Positions 18,559-28,411 of a stretch of DNA of 64,000 nucleotides are shown here, in pieces. The translations under genes and the position numbers were made by a program. How positions within the stretch are numbered: the first letter of the stretch is position 1; the number at the start of each line of letters is the position of its first letter. The DNA comes from a virus. The notes under the pieces were generated by a model. The model saw only the letters and a list, made by a program, of their open reading frames with translations, was not told the origin of the DNA and did not search any database. Where the stretch lies: IMG/VR virus record IMGVR_UViG_3300025437_000011, positions 32,001-96,000 of that record; one strand, 5' to 3'.

Positions 18559-19614
18559 ATGAGCACTGAAATTAAAAAAGTAATTGTAACCGGAATTACA
18601 GGACAGGACGGTAGTTACATGGTTGACTACTTATTAGAAAATACTAACCATGAGATCTATGGAGTGGTTAGGAGAACTAGTACATTAAATACTATTAATA
18701 TTTCTCAATTTCTTGATAATCCTAGATTCCACTTGTTCACCGGAGATTTATCGGATTCCCAAGCTATTGATAATTTAGTTAGAGAGATTGTCCCTGATTA
18801 TTTTATTAATTTAGCCGCACAAAGTTTTGTAGGCAGTAGCTGGCAAATCCCCGAACAGACTTTTGACGTTGGCGCAATGGGTGTATTGAGATGCCTTGAG
18901 GCCGTCCGAAAGCATGCGCCAAATTGCCGTTTTTATAATGCCGGATCTAGTGAAGAGCTTGGAAATGTAGATTACTCTCCACAAAATGAGAAACACCCCT
19001 TAAAACCAAGAAGCCCATACGGTGCCGCTAAAGCCGCCGCTAGACATCTTGTAAAAGTATATAGGGAAAGTTATAATCTTTATGCAATTCAAGGGCTATT
19101 ATATAATCACGAGTCCGAGCGTCGGGGAGAAGAATTTGTTACCAGAAAAATAACTAAAGCTGTTGGCAGAATTAGAAATTCATTAAATAATAATTTACCA
19201 TATTTACCCTTAGAGCTTGGAAATCTTGATGCAAAAAGAGACTGGAGTCATGCCCAAGATTTTGTTGATGGGATTTGGAAGATGTTAAACCAAGAGCAGC
19301 CAAGGGAATATATTTTGTCTTCTGGAGAAACACATACAGTTCGTGAGTTTGTAGAAAGGTCACTTGAAATTGCCGGAATCAAGGGGGAGTGGACAAACGA
19401 GGGAGTGAATGAAACCTATATCTATGGAGATGCTGTTTTAGTAAAAATTAACCCCGTATTCTACCGTCCGGCAGAAGTAGATCTTTTATGGGGAGACTCT
19501 ACCGAGGCTAGAATTAATTTAGGATGGCTGCCCCAAAACACTTTTACTGATTTAGTAAATAGAATGGTTAAAAATGATATAAATAGTATTTTACTTGAGA
19601 ATGGTCTAAAATAA
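18559..19614 (+). CDS. gmd: GDP-mannose 4,6-dehydratase
   Basis: TGITGQDGSY, NLAAQSFV, SPYGAAK, NHESERRGEEFVTRKIT, LGNLDAKRDW, YRPAEVDLL. Confidence 0.97.
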   Translation: MSTEIKKVIVTGITGQDGSYMVDYLLENTNHEIYGVVRRTSTLNTINISQFLDNPRFHLFTGDLSDSQAIDNLVREIVPDYFINLAAQSFVGSSWQIPEQTFDVGAMGVLRCLEAVRKHAPNCRFYNAGSSEELGNVDYSPQNEKHPLKPRSPYGAAKAAARHLVKVYRESYNLYAIQGLLYNHESERRGEEFVTRKITKAVGRIRNSLNNNLPYLPLELGNLDAKRDWSHAQDFVDGIWKMLNQEQPREYILSSGETHTVREFVERSLEIAGIKGEWTNEGVNETYIYGDAVLVKINPVFYRPAEVDLLWGDSTEARINLGWLPQNTFTDLVNRMVKNDINSILLENGLK

Positions 19615-19627
19615 GATTAGAATTTTT

Positions 19628-19816
19628 ATGGATGCAGAAAAGAAATTCAACACCTGTAAATTTAGATCTGAAAACGAAGAAGAAAGACTCGTTAAAAAGT
19701 GTAGCTGCAAAGGGGGAGGATCAACAACTCTTACTGGATTCTTCTGCAATAAAAGACAAATCTTTAAAATTACAAAAGAAGTCTGCCAACACTGCCCCCT
19801 GTACCAGCATAAATAA
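19628..19816 (+). CDS. Small Cys-rich (zinc-binding-like) protein
   Basis: 62 aa with 6 Cys (CKF, CSC, FFC, CQHC). Confidence 0.5.
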   Translation: MDAEKKFNTCKFRSENEEERLVKKCSCKGGGSTTLTGFFCNKRQIFKITKEVCQHCPLYQHK

Positions 19817-20153
19817 GCGAGAATTTGTTTTAAAATTCGTTAAAGACTCTTCGGCCATAGTTTGGCCCAAGGAAATGAAAATGGTTAATACACTATTTAA
19901 AATAGCGCCAGATGATACATTTTGGAGATCTTTAGACTTGGGGTTTAAGCTTAACAGCCTATGCTGGTTCTTATCAGATGATGGCCGAAGGTTTCTAAAT
20001 ACAGAATATAAGAAGTTTAAATTTGAACCCGTTACGCCAGAAAAATTTCAATTAGAAAAAAATAATATTGTAATTAACGACAAATTAGGCGAAACTGTAG
20101 GAGCACCTATGACAGTGCGCGAATTTTTAACACTATGGCAAAAGAAGAACTAA
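19632..20153 (+). CDS. Hypothetical protein overlapping the Cys-rich ORF
   Basis: 173 aa; globular-looking C-terminal two thirds; overlaps the start of the RecA-like gene. Confidence 0.55.
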   Translation: MQKRNSTPVNLDLKTKKKDSLKSVAAKGEDQQLLLDSSAIKDKSLKLQKKSANTAPCTSINKREFVLKFVKDSSAIVWPKEMKMVNTLFKIAPDDTFWRSLDLGFKLNSLCWFLSDDGRRFLNTEYKKFKFEPVTPEKFQLEKNNIVINDKLGETVGAPMTVREFLTLWQKKN

Positions 20154-21238
20154 AATCATCAGGATCAAGCAAAGCAGTCCTTAACTCCTTCCTAAAGGAC
20201 ACTAAGGGTGAGCATTATAATTTTGAAGACGAAAAAACATTTAATGTATCTACAGGATCGCTACTACTAGACTCTGAAATGGGGGGGTCCTTGGAGGTTC
20301 CAGCCATTTTACGCTTTACCGGGGTAAGCGGCGGAGGTAAGACCAGTTCGGCACTTCTGATTATGAAAAATTTCTTAGATACAGTTCCCAACGCCAAGGG
20401 CTTCTTGATTAAGGCAGAAGGACGATTAAACTCTAACGTAAAGAACGTTTCTGGAATTAAATTTGTAGATAAGGCTGATAACTGGGAGAATGGAACATGC
20501 TTTGTTCTTAAAACAAATATCTATGAGAATATAGCTACAATTATTCTAGAACTTATTAAGAATAATCCTGATGGCTCTCGTTATTATTTTTTAATTGATA
20601 GTATGGATGCCCTTATTGCAAAAAATGATTCCCTAAAAGGGTTTGAAGATAGTCAAAAGGTAGCGGCGGGAGCAGTGATCAGTTCACACTTCTTAAAGCA
20701 AATTATGTTGCCACTATCTACTTTTGGCCATGTTTGTGCTCTAATCTCACAGGTTCGTTCAAATGTTCAAATTAATCCCTATGCAAAGTCAGATCCAAAA
20801 CTAACCAATAGTTCTGGCGGAAATGCTTTGCAGCACTATGCAGACTGGATTTTTGAATTTCAACCAAGATATAAGGCAGATCAGATTGTAGAAGATGGCA
20901 AAATTATCGGCCATTGGGCGAAGATTCTCCTAAGAAAAACAACAAACGAAAAAGAAGGCACAGAAATTTTATATCCAATTAGGCACGGAAGAACTGGCGG
21001 TAACTCCGTATGGATTGAATACGAAGTAGCAGATATGCTTATTCAATGGGGCTTTGCTAAGAAGGCGGGCGCATGGATTACCTTTGATGCTGGACTGTTG
21101 AAAGATATTAAAGATAATACGAAAATTGATTGTGAAGAAAAAGTTCAGGGTATGGAAAAACTACGCGAAATGCTAGAAGAAAAGAAAGAAATTTGCAACT
21201 ATCTTTTTCATAAATTCAAAGGAGCGCTCGCTAAATGA
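20135..21238 (+). CDS. recA: RecA/UvsX-like recombinase
   Basis: STGSLLLD, GVSGGGKTS (Walker A), IDSMDAL, ISQVR, SGGNALQHYA, KAGAW. Confidence 0.9.
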   Translation: MAKEELKSSGSSKAVLNSFLKDTKGEHYNFEDEKTFNVSTGSLLLDSEMGGSLEVPAILRFTGVSGGGKTSSALLIMKNFLDTVPNAKGFLIKAEGRLNSNVKNVSGIKFVDKADNWENGTCFVLKTNIYENIATIILELIKNNPDGSRYYFLIDSMDALIAKNDSLKGFEDSQKVAAGAVISSHFLKQIMLPLSTFGHVCALISQVRSNVQINPYAKSDPKLTNSSGGNALQHYADWIFEFQPRYKADQIVEDGKIIGHWAKILLRKTTNEKEGTEILYPIRHGRTGGNSVWIEYEVADMLIQWGFAKKAGAWITFDAGLLKDIKDNTKIDCEEKVQGMEKLREMLEEKKEICNYLFHKFKGALAK

Positions 21239-22164
21239 GTCTATGCGCAAATATTGCAGTTAGAATAGAAGGCGGTATTGGTGATCACCTACTAGCAAAT
21301 AGGTTCGCAGCTTCTATTAGAGAAAAATGTCCAAATTCAAAAATTCATATGTACTCTGATACCGAAGGTGCGCCCAAGGCGGCAGAGTTACTATTTAAAT
21401 ATTTTCCATATATTTATAATTCTTATGAGATTTTACCTAAAAGACTAAACAAAAATCATACAATTAATTCACAATTTGGTAATGAATTATACCCCTCAGA
21501 TATACGAAATCTGCCCCAGAATTTCTTGGAAAAATTTCGACAAGCAGATAAATTTTATGATTTACATATAGATGGCTTAAGGTGGCTAGATGAAGATTTT
21601 GACTGGTATCGTTATTTTTATTTTTTTCCAAAACCAGTTTTTCAAGCTGAAAAACTAGAAGAAAAGCCCTTTATTTTAGCCAATCTCTATGCTCGTCCCA
21701 ATTCGTGCTACGGACTAAATGCTGAAAAAGTCGAAACTATATTAAATAGTTTATCTACCATTAGCAATGTTATCGTTCCAACAACGGAAGAAAATAAAGC
21801 ATTCTATAGTTTTAATAAAAACCCCTTAGTTGAAATAAGGGTAGCCGATCTAGATGAGGTGTTTTCCCTATCTAGTCAGTGCATAGCATTTTTAGGGATA
21901 GATTCCGGCATTAGGTGTATGCCCTATTATTTCGGAAAACCCACTTTTTACTTTACTCCCTTCTGCTCTTCTTATGGAAGCATAAGTTCGGCACATTTAT
22001 TGAGATGGGTTATCTTTGAAAAGAATGCCTTCCCGATGGACTTTAGTAGTGATAATGTTTTAAGTATTTTAAATACTGCAATAACACATAAAGCCGGAGT
22101 TTTACTGCCATATTTACCCTCCAGCACATTCAATAACCATATTATTAAAAGAATCTATGAATAA
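21235..22164 (+). CDS. GT9-like glycosyltransferase
   Basis: EGGIGDHLL and FLGIDSG motifs. Confidence 0.7.
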   Translation: MSLCANIAVRIEGGIGDHLLANRFAASIREKCPNSKIHMYSDTEGAPKAAELLFKYFPYIYNSYEILPKRLNKNHTINSQFGNELYPSDIRNLPQNFLEKFRQADKFYDLHIDGLRWLDEDFDWYRYFYFFPKPVFQAEKLEEKPFILANLYARPNSCYGLNAEKVETILNSLSTISNVIVPTTEENKAFYSFNKNPLVEIRVADLDEVFSLSSQCIAFLGIDSGIRCMPYYFGKPTFYFTPFCSSYGSISSAHLLRWVIFEKNAFPMDFSSDNVLSILNTAITHKAGVLLPYLPSSTFNNHIIKRIYE

Positions 22165-23068
22165 AGTTTTATTTATAAACCATAAAAAACAAAAATGCGG
22201 AGTTTATCAGTTCGGTAAACTTACTTTTGAGGCAATAAGGTCTAGCAAAATTTTTGATTACAAATACGCAGAAGTAGAATCATTGCAGGAGTTTCAAAGC
22301 GCTTATATTAAAAATAGTCCGCATATAATACTATTTAATTATCATGATCAGACACAACCTTGGCTAACAGAACAAGTACTGAGTGAGCTACCATCTCATA
22401 TAAAAAAAATAGCAATCGGTGGACATGATTGTTTTGCTAATTTTGATTCTATAGATATACAAATTATCCCCGATCCAACAATAACAGAAACAAATAAAAT
22501 CAAAAAAGTTGATCGTTTAATTTTGGATTACGCCGCTATAGATGGCGTTATTCCTAACTCGGTTGGATCTTTTGGGTTTGGTTTTTTTGGGAAAGACTGG
22601 GGACGAATAATTCATATAGTTAACAGTTCTCCAGACATAAAATTATTAAGATTACATATTCCGTATAGTGATTTTGCCGACCCAAATGGACATACCTCTA
22701 CATACATAGCAAACTCATGCCGCCAACTCCTTGATCCTAGGATACATTTAGATATTTCTCATGAGTTCATGAGCATTCCTGATTTATTAAAATGGCTTTC
22801 AAGACATTCTATTAATATTTTTCCTTACGAAGAAATGAAAGGCAGGGGAATATCTTCTACAATTGATTTTGCACTTTCATGTAGAAGGCCTATCGGTATT
22901 TCTAAATCAGATATGTTTAGACATATATATCATAAACAAGAAATCTTGCTAGACAATAACTCCTTGCCTTCTATTATTAATAGCGGAATATCGCCGCTAA
23001 AGGATTTTTATAAGTGGGACGCAAATAACCTAACAAATCAGTATGATAAAATACTATCTTCAATTTAA
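22157..23068 (+). CDS. Glycosyltransferase-like protein (GT-B)
   Basis: KCGVYQFG, GSFGFGFFGK, NIFPY...GISSTIDFALS. Confidence 0.6.
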   Translation: MNKVLFINHKKQKCGVYQFGKLTFEAIRSSKIFDYKYAEVESLQEFQSAYIKNSPHIILFNYHDQTQPWLTEQVLSELPSHIKKIAIGGHDCFANFDSIDIQIIPDPTITETNKIKKVDRLILDYAAIDGVIPNSVGSFGFGFFGKDWGRIIHIVNSSPDIKLLRLHIPYSDFADPNGHTSTYIANSCRQLLDPRIHLDISHEFMSIPDLLKWLSRHSINIFPYEEMKGRGISSTIDFALSCRRPIGISKSDMFRHIYHKQEILLDNNSLPSIINSGISPLKDFYKWDANNLTNQYDKILSSI

Positions 23069-23110
23069 TTTGATTTAGTTATTAAACATATATATTATAT
23101 ATTACACAAT

Positions 23111-23473
23111 ATGGCGAACAGAAGAAAAACTATATTTTGTGATATAGATGGAACTCTAATAAAACACTTCCCCCCCTCTATTACTGCAAAAAATAAACAT
23201 TCAATAAAACCACTAAAAGGCACTCTAGATAAATTTTTGCAATGGGAAAGAGAAGGTCACTGTATAGTTTTAATAACCGCAAGAAAAGAATGTACCAGAA
23301 ATCAAACAGAAAAGCAGCTAGCTAATGCAGGGATTTTTTATGATAATTTAATTATGGGCATAGGTTCGGGTGAAAGATATTTAATAAATGATAAAAAAAT
23401 AGATAGTGACGCCGATACTGCTTTTGCTATAAATATAGCAAGAAATCAGGGTATAGCCGATGTTTCTATTTAA
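23111..23473 (+). CDS. HAD-superfamily phosphatase (capsule-biosynthesis type)
   Basis: FCDIDGTL, ITAR, INDK. Confidence 0.8.
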   Translation: MANRRKTIFCDIDGTLIKHFPPSITAKNKHSIKPLKGTLDKFLQWEREGHCIVLITARKECTRNQTEKQLANAGIFYDNLIMGIGSGERYLINDKKIDSDADTAFAINIARNQGIADVSI

Positions 23474-23474
23474 A

Positions 23475-24146
23475 ATGAAAAATAATTATATTATTGGTAT
23501 TTCTGGCGCGTCTGGAGTAGGAAAGACTACTCTTGCAAATTTAATTTCCTTGCTATTTAATAGAGATGAGGTATTAATTTTAAGTGGTGATGATTTACAC
23601 AAATGGGAAAGGCATAGTACAAACTGGAATACATATACACACTTTCATCCCGAAGCAAACAACTTGTCTTTAGGCTTTTCCGATTTACAAAATTTAAAGA
23701 GTGGCAATTCCATAAAAAGAAAAACTTATAATCACGATACGGGATTTTTCGATGAGTATCAGCACTTTAGCCCAAAACCATATATAATATATGAAGGTCT
23801 GCATTCTTTATATGGAGAAGATATTTTAAATTTAATTGACTTAAAAATATTCATAGATACCGATAATGAATTGACTAACGAGTGGAAAATTAAAAGAGAT
23901 ATTTTAAAAAGAGGATATACTACACAGCAAGTACAAGAAACAATAATTAGAAGACAGGAGGATAGACTAAAATATATACTTCCACAAAAAAATAACTCTG
24001 ATGTAGTTTTTACTTTTAAAAAATATCATAATAAAGTTGTTTTAGATTATATATTAATTAACGAACATCATGAGGATATAGTAAAAAAAATCAAACATCT
24101 ACATGATAGTCTGGTTCCAAGTCTTGGTGATGTTACAATTATTTAA
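23475..24146 (+). CDS. Phosphoribulokinase/uridine kinase family protein
   Basis: GISGASGVGKTT, GDDLHKWER, HPEANNL, YNHDTG, YEGLH, WKIKRD. Confidence 0.8.
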   Translation: MKNNYIIGISGASGVGKTTLANLISLLFNRDEVLILSGDDLHKWERHSTNWNTYTHFHPEANNLSLGFSDLQNLKSGNSIKRKTYNHDTGFFDEYQHFSPKPYIIYEGLHSLYGEDILNLIDLKIFIDTDNELTNEWKIKRDILKRGYTTQQVQETIIRRQEDRLKYILPQKNNSDVVFTFKKYHNKVVLDYILINEHHEDIVKKIKHLHDSLVPSLGDVTII

Positions 24147-24191
24147 ACTTTAGACAAATATCCCTGAACAGATTATAATTCATATTAATTT

Positions 24192-25031
24192 ATGAAAATT
24201 ATAATTCCAATGGCCGGAACTGGGGATAGGTTTGTAAAAAAAGGATACAAAGAACCCAAGCCTCTTATTAAGGTAGCCGGAAAGAGAATTATCGAATATA
24301 TCTTAGATATGTTTTCCCCAACAGAAGATGAAATTATATTTATTTGCAACAACAAGCATATCGAGGAGACAAATATGGAAACTGAGCTTAAAAAGCTAGT
24401 ACCAAATTGTAAAATTGTTTCCATACCTCCACACAAAAAAGGCCCAGTTCACACCGTAAAATACGCTTTCAATCTTATTGAAGACGATGAGCATGTTATA
24501 GTATCATATTGCGACAATCCGTTAGTATGGGATAGGTCAGATTTTGAGTTAAGTGTAAGCAAACTTGCTCTAGACGGTTGCGTCCTAACACACACAGGAT
24601 TTCATCCACACACATTAAATAATACTAAAATGGCTTTTCTAAAAACCGAAAATGGTTTAATGACAGAAATAAAAGAAAAAGAATGTTATACAGATAATCC
24701 AATGAACGAGCATGCGTCTACTGGTATTTACTATTTTAATACCGGAGCAATTTTGAAAAAATATTTTCAAGAAATAATTGATTTGGATATTAACCATAAT
24801 GGAGAATACTATGTAACGTTAGTATATAACCTATTACAGCGCGATGGTCTAAGGGTTGGGTACTATGATACACCTCATGTTACGGTTTTTGGCACCCCAG
24901 AAGAAGTAGAAAATTTTGAGGCATGGAATAATATTATTACAGGCGGTCAAATAAAAAATGAAAAAGATTTAATAAATTGCTATAATTACTGGAAGAATTA
25001 TCGAAACTTTAATACTAAAAATATTCTATGA
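24192..25031 (+). CDS. Sugar-phosphate nucleotidyltransferase
   Basis: IIIPMAGTGDRF...PKPLIKV, YCD, IKEK, ASTGIYYF, NGEYYV, FGTPEE. Confidence 0.85.
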   Translation: MKIIIPMAGTGDRFVKKGYKEPKPLIKVAGKRIIEYILDMFSPTEDEIIFICNNKHIEETNMETELKKLVPNCKIVSIPPHKKGPVHTVKYAFNLIEDDEHVIVSYCDNPLVWDRSDFELSVSKLALDGCVLTHTGFHPHTLNNTKMAFLKTENGLMTEIKEKECYTDNPMNEHASTGIYYFNTGAILKKYFQEIIDLDINHNGEYYVTLVYNLLQRDGLRVGYYDTPHVTVFGTPEEVENFEAWNNIITGGQIKNEKDLINCYNYWKNYRNFNTKNIL

Positions 25032-25471
25032 TAAAAATATCCCATCGTGGTAATATCAACAATATTGACCATACCAGAGAAAACAGTCCGTCATATATAG
25101 ACGAGGCAATTCGTATGGGGTATGATGTAGAAATAGATATAAGATTTATAAACGATCAATTATATCTTGGGCATGATATACCAGAGTATAAAATTGATAT
25201 TAACTTCCTAACAAAAAGGAAAGATAACTTATGGGTACATACTAAAGATTTTAAATCCTTAAGTAGATTAATTAGTTTGCCTTTAAGAATTTTCTTTCAC
25301 GAAAAAGAAGCACACACTATTATTCATAATACAAATTTAATATGGTCTCATAATCTTAATGAGTCAAATGAAAATTCTATTATACCCCTTCTAACAAGAC
25401 AGTCAATTTCAGAGTCTAGTAAATATATGCACGTATATGGAATATGCTCAGATTTTGTTGGTTTAATTTGA
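25028..25471 (+). CDS. GDPD/PLC-like phosphodiesterase (short)
   Basis: ISHRGN, ENS, GYDVEIDI, LGHD, GICSDF. Confidence 0.75.
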   Translation: MIKISHRGNINNIDHTRENSPSYIDEAIRMGYDVEIDIRFINDQLYLGHDIPEYKIDINFLTKRKDNLWVHTKDFKSLSRLISLPLRIFFHEKEAHTIIHNTNLIWSHNLNESNENSIIPLLTRQSISESSKYMHVYGICSDFVGLI

Positions 25472-25488
25472 TAATATAAATATATAAT

Positions 25489-26265
25489 ATGGATGCGATA
25501 ATTCAGGGGCCAATATACGTAAATGACACTCCTAGTGTTATTTATAATTTATTAAATACGTCTTTTATTGATCGGGTAATCGTTTCTTGCTGGGAAAGTT
25601 GCCCAGATATATTTCCCCTTAATGACCGAGTGATAGTTATTAAAAATAAACCCAATGCTAATTCTGGGTATCAAAACAGAAACTTACAAATTCAATCTAC
25701 AAAAGCTGGTTTAGAAAAAGTAACTTCAGAATATTGTGCAAAATTTAGATCTGACCAGATAATTGCAATATCAAGTTTAGAAATGATGAATAGATTCTTT
25801 CATAAGTTTAAAGAATCTAATCTTAGATATACCAATGGTCTCAAACCGAAATCTAAAATTTTTGTTTGTGGAGATTTTTGGCCATTACCATTTCATCCAA
25901 GAGATCATGTTTATTGGTCGGACACAGAAAGCATGAAAGTTTTATTTAGTTTGCCGTATGATGAATCACCAAAATTTGATACGGAGCGCTTTAATGAGGC
26001 AACACGCGCAGAAACATATATTGGTAGTTACTATTATGCAAAATTTAATAGTGAGATCTATAAAATGATCGAACAGCAAGGTACTTACCTATGGGATAAC
26101 GCCCCCAAAAGAAACGAGGCATTAGAACTATCACTTTCGATGAAAGACGAAGTTTTTAAAGTATTCCCAAGAATTGAGATGACTTGGCCCAAATATAATA
26201 TCTACGGATATAAATATAATGAGCAATCAGTATGGGAAAGATGGCACGATGAAAAATGGGACTAA
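25489..26265 (+). CDS. WavE-like polysaccharide synthesis protein
   Basis: IIQGP, NRNLQIQSTKAGL, KFRSD, PFHPRDH. Confidence 0.75.
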   Translation: MDAIIQGPIYVNDTPSVIYNLLNTSFIDRVIVSCWESCPDIFPLNDRVIVIKNKPNANSGYQNRNLQIQSTKAGLEKVTSEYCAKFRSDQIIAISSLEMMNRFFHKFKESNLRYTNGLKPKSKIFVCGDFWPLPFHPRDHVYWSDTESMKVLFSLPYDESPKFDTERFNEATRAETYIGSYYYAKFNSEIYKMIEQQGTYLWDNAPKRNEALELSLSMKDEVFKVFPRIEMTWPKYNIYGYKYNEQSVWERWHDEKWD

Positions 26266-26370
26266 TATGAAGACAGTTTTTATTACTACATATTCTTCCA
26301 GAAGAAATTTTAAAGAAAAAAGTTTATTTTAGATTTAAATTATTGTATACTGTAGTATATAAACACGCTT

Positions 26371-27615
26371 ATGAATATCAAATATAGACAAACTTGCAGA
26401 ATTTGTGGGAACCCTAATTTAGCACCAGTAATAGACTTGGGGAACCAGTATTTTCAAGGGTCTTTTATTAAAGATGGCGTTACACCTCCTGCCACAAGAA
26501 AAACGCCCAACTTGATTGTTCGATGCGATACATCTAAATTCGAAGATGCGTGTGGTCTAATACAAACGCGTCATTCCGTCCCTGCTGATATATTATACAG
26601 CAACTATTGGTATCAGTCTGGTATCAGTAATACAATGAGAACTCATCTTAAAAATATTGTAGACGAATGCCTTAAAATTACCAATCTCTCCGAGGGTACT
26701 GTTCTAGATATAGCGTCAAATGACAACACTCTTTTAAGAAACTACCCCACAACTTTTAAAAAAGTTGGCGTTGACCCCTCTGATATTGCAGGAAAACAAA
26801 CTGATGAAGACATAAGAGTTATCAATACTGTTTTTCCTACGGAGAAACTTACAAATGAAAAGTTTGATATTGTAACTTCCATAGCATGTTATTATGACGT
26901 TGAAGATCCAAAGTTTTTTGCTGAACAGGTGAGAGATCATTTAAATAATGATGGTATCTGGGTTTTTGAAGTTGCCTATTGGCCGCTAATGTTATCTAAC
27001 CTATCTTATGATAGTATTGTTAATGAACATATTATTCACTATCACCTCGCCCCACTGGAGATCATGATGAATAAAATAGGACTAAAAATTTTTAATGCAA
27101 GGAAAACCACTACAAATGGTGGAAGCATAATGGTATATATTTGCAAGTCTGAAAATACGAAATATGATCTAAAGGAAAACAAGGAGCGCCTCTTGACATT
27201 AAGACTAGAAGAATTTAATTCGGCTCTGGATGAGGAAAGCACTTATGTACTTTTTAGAGAAAAAGTCGAACAACAAAAAAATGATTTGCAATCTTTAATT
27301 AAAAAGATCCAAGCCGAAGGTAAAACCGTGCACATCTATGGTGCATCAACAAAACTTAACACCATTTTAGGATATTGCGACCTTGGCCCAGAGTCAATAG
27401 AATATGCGGCAGAACGTAGTCCAGATAAATTTGGCGCAAAAACCATTAGCGGAATTAAACTTATTTCCGAAGAGGAGAGTCGCGCAATGAAACCAGATTA
27501 TTATTTAGTTGGCCCATATCATTTTAAAGAAGAAATTCTAGCAAGAGAACAAGATACCATAAATTCTGGCACAAAGTTTATTTTCCCACTACCCACTGTG
27601 ACAATAGTTGGATGA
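26371..27615 (+). CDS. NDP-sugar C-methyltransferase family (Zn-binding, SAM-dependent)
   Basis: CRICG..L...DLG.Q, YWYQSG, DIASND, GVDPS, YDSIVNEH, GGS, YGASTK. Confidence 0.85.
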   Translation: MNIKYRQTCRICGNPNLAPVIDLGNQYFQGSFIKDGVTPPATRKTPNLIVRCDTSKFEDACGLIQTRHSVPADILYSNYWYQSGISNTMRTHLKNIVDECLKITNLSEGTVLDIASNDNTLLRNYPTTFKKVGVDPSDIAGKQTDEDIRVINTVFPTEKLTNEKFDIVTSIACYYDVEDPKFFAEQVRDHLNNDGIWVFEVAYWPLMLSNLSYDSIVNEHIIHYHLAPLEIMMNKIGLKIFNARKTTTNGGSIMVYICKSENTKYDLKENKERLLTLRLEEFNSALDEESTYVLFREKVEQQKNDLQSLIKKIQAEGKTVHIYGASTKLNTILGYCDLGPESIEYAAERSPDKFGAKTISGIKLISEEESRAMKPDYYLVGPYHFKEEILAREQDTINSGTKFIFPLPTVTIVG

Positions 27616-27971
27616 TGAAAATAAATCTACCAGAAGGTTATATATTTGATATACTTTCAATTTACCAAATAAAATATTCTAAATCAGCGCAATCTGAAGG
27701 TAATCTTAATTTAAGAAATTTTAATAATTTATTAAATGAAATAAAATCTCAGATAGGAAATAATCAAACTGATATTATAATTAATAGCCAAGAATATGCC
27801 AATTTATTAAAAGCTAATTTAGAAACATTTGAATTAGTTGACGCAGTTAAAGTTAACCCATGCCTCGGAAAGGAAGTTGATGAATCTAACTATAATAGAT
27901 TTTTAGCAAAAAAAACCCTACAAGAAAAATATTTTAATTCAACATATTCAGAAACCAAAATAGGTTATTAG
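27612..27971 (+). CDS. Small helical protein at the end of the glycan cluster
   Basis: Overlaps the upstream stop; function unknown. Confidence 0.55.
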   Translation: MMKINLPEGYIFDILSIYQIKYSKSAQSEGNLNLRNFNNLLNEIKSQIGNNQTDIIINSQEYANLLKANLETFELVDAVKVNPCLGKEVDESNYNRFLAKKTLQEKYFNSTYSETKIGY

Positions 27972-27973
27972 AA

Positions 27974-28387
27974 ATGAAGTTTAAAAATATATACGGCAGA
28001 GAGGTTAATAAAAATATTACTCCCTATATTGTTGATTGGCAAGAAGTTAGAGGAAGTAAAGCCCAGTTTAATGTTAAAAAATTTCTAGAACAGTTTTGGG
28101 TTGGTCATATTGTGTGTGAAGAATTTCCAGTGGCCGGGTCAAGAATGCGTTGCGACCTGATTAATTTTACAAAAAAAATTGCCGTGGAGACTCATGGGCA
28201 ACAGCATGATAAGTTCGTGCCATTCTTCCATAAAACTAGAACAAACTTTAAAAAGAGCTTTAAGCGTGATCTGGTTAAGTATAACTGGTTAGAATTAAAT
28301 GGTTTTAAGGTTATAGAGATTTTTGATAACGAAATCACCAATTTAAGCCAAGAATGGATAAAAGAAAAGTTTGATATTGAAATTTAA
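27974..28387 (+). CDS. PD-(D/E)XK/Vsr-like endonuclease
   Basis: EEFPV...RCDL...IAVETHGQQH...RD..K..WLELNG. Confidence 0.75.
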   Translation: MKFKNIYGREVNKNITPYIVDWQEVRGSKAQFNVKKFLEQFWVGHIVCEEFPVAGSRMRCDLINFTKKIAVETHGQQHDKFVPFFHKTRTNFKKSFKRDLVKYNWLELNGFKVIEIFDNEITNLSQEWIKEKFDIEI

Positions 28388-28411
28388 ATCAAACCGTGGT
28401 ATCATTGTAGA

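Noticed and set aside
23475-24146. Phosphoribulokinase as a carbon-fixation auxiliary gene
   Set aside because: Embedded in a glycan cassette, so a sugar-activation role is more parsimonious.
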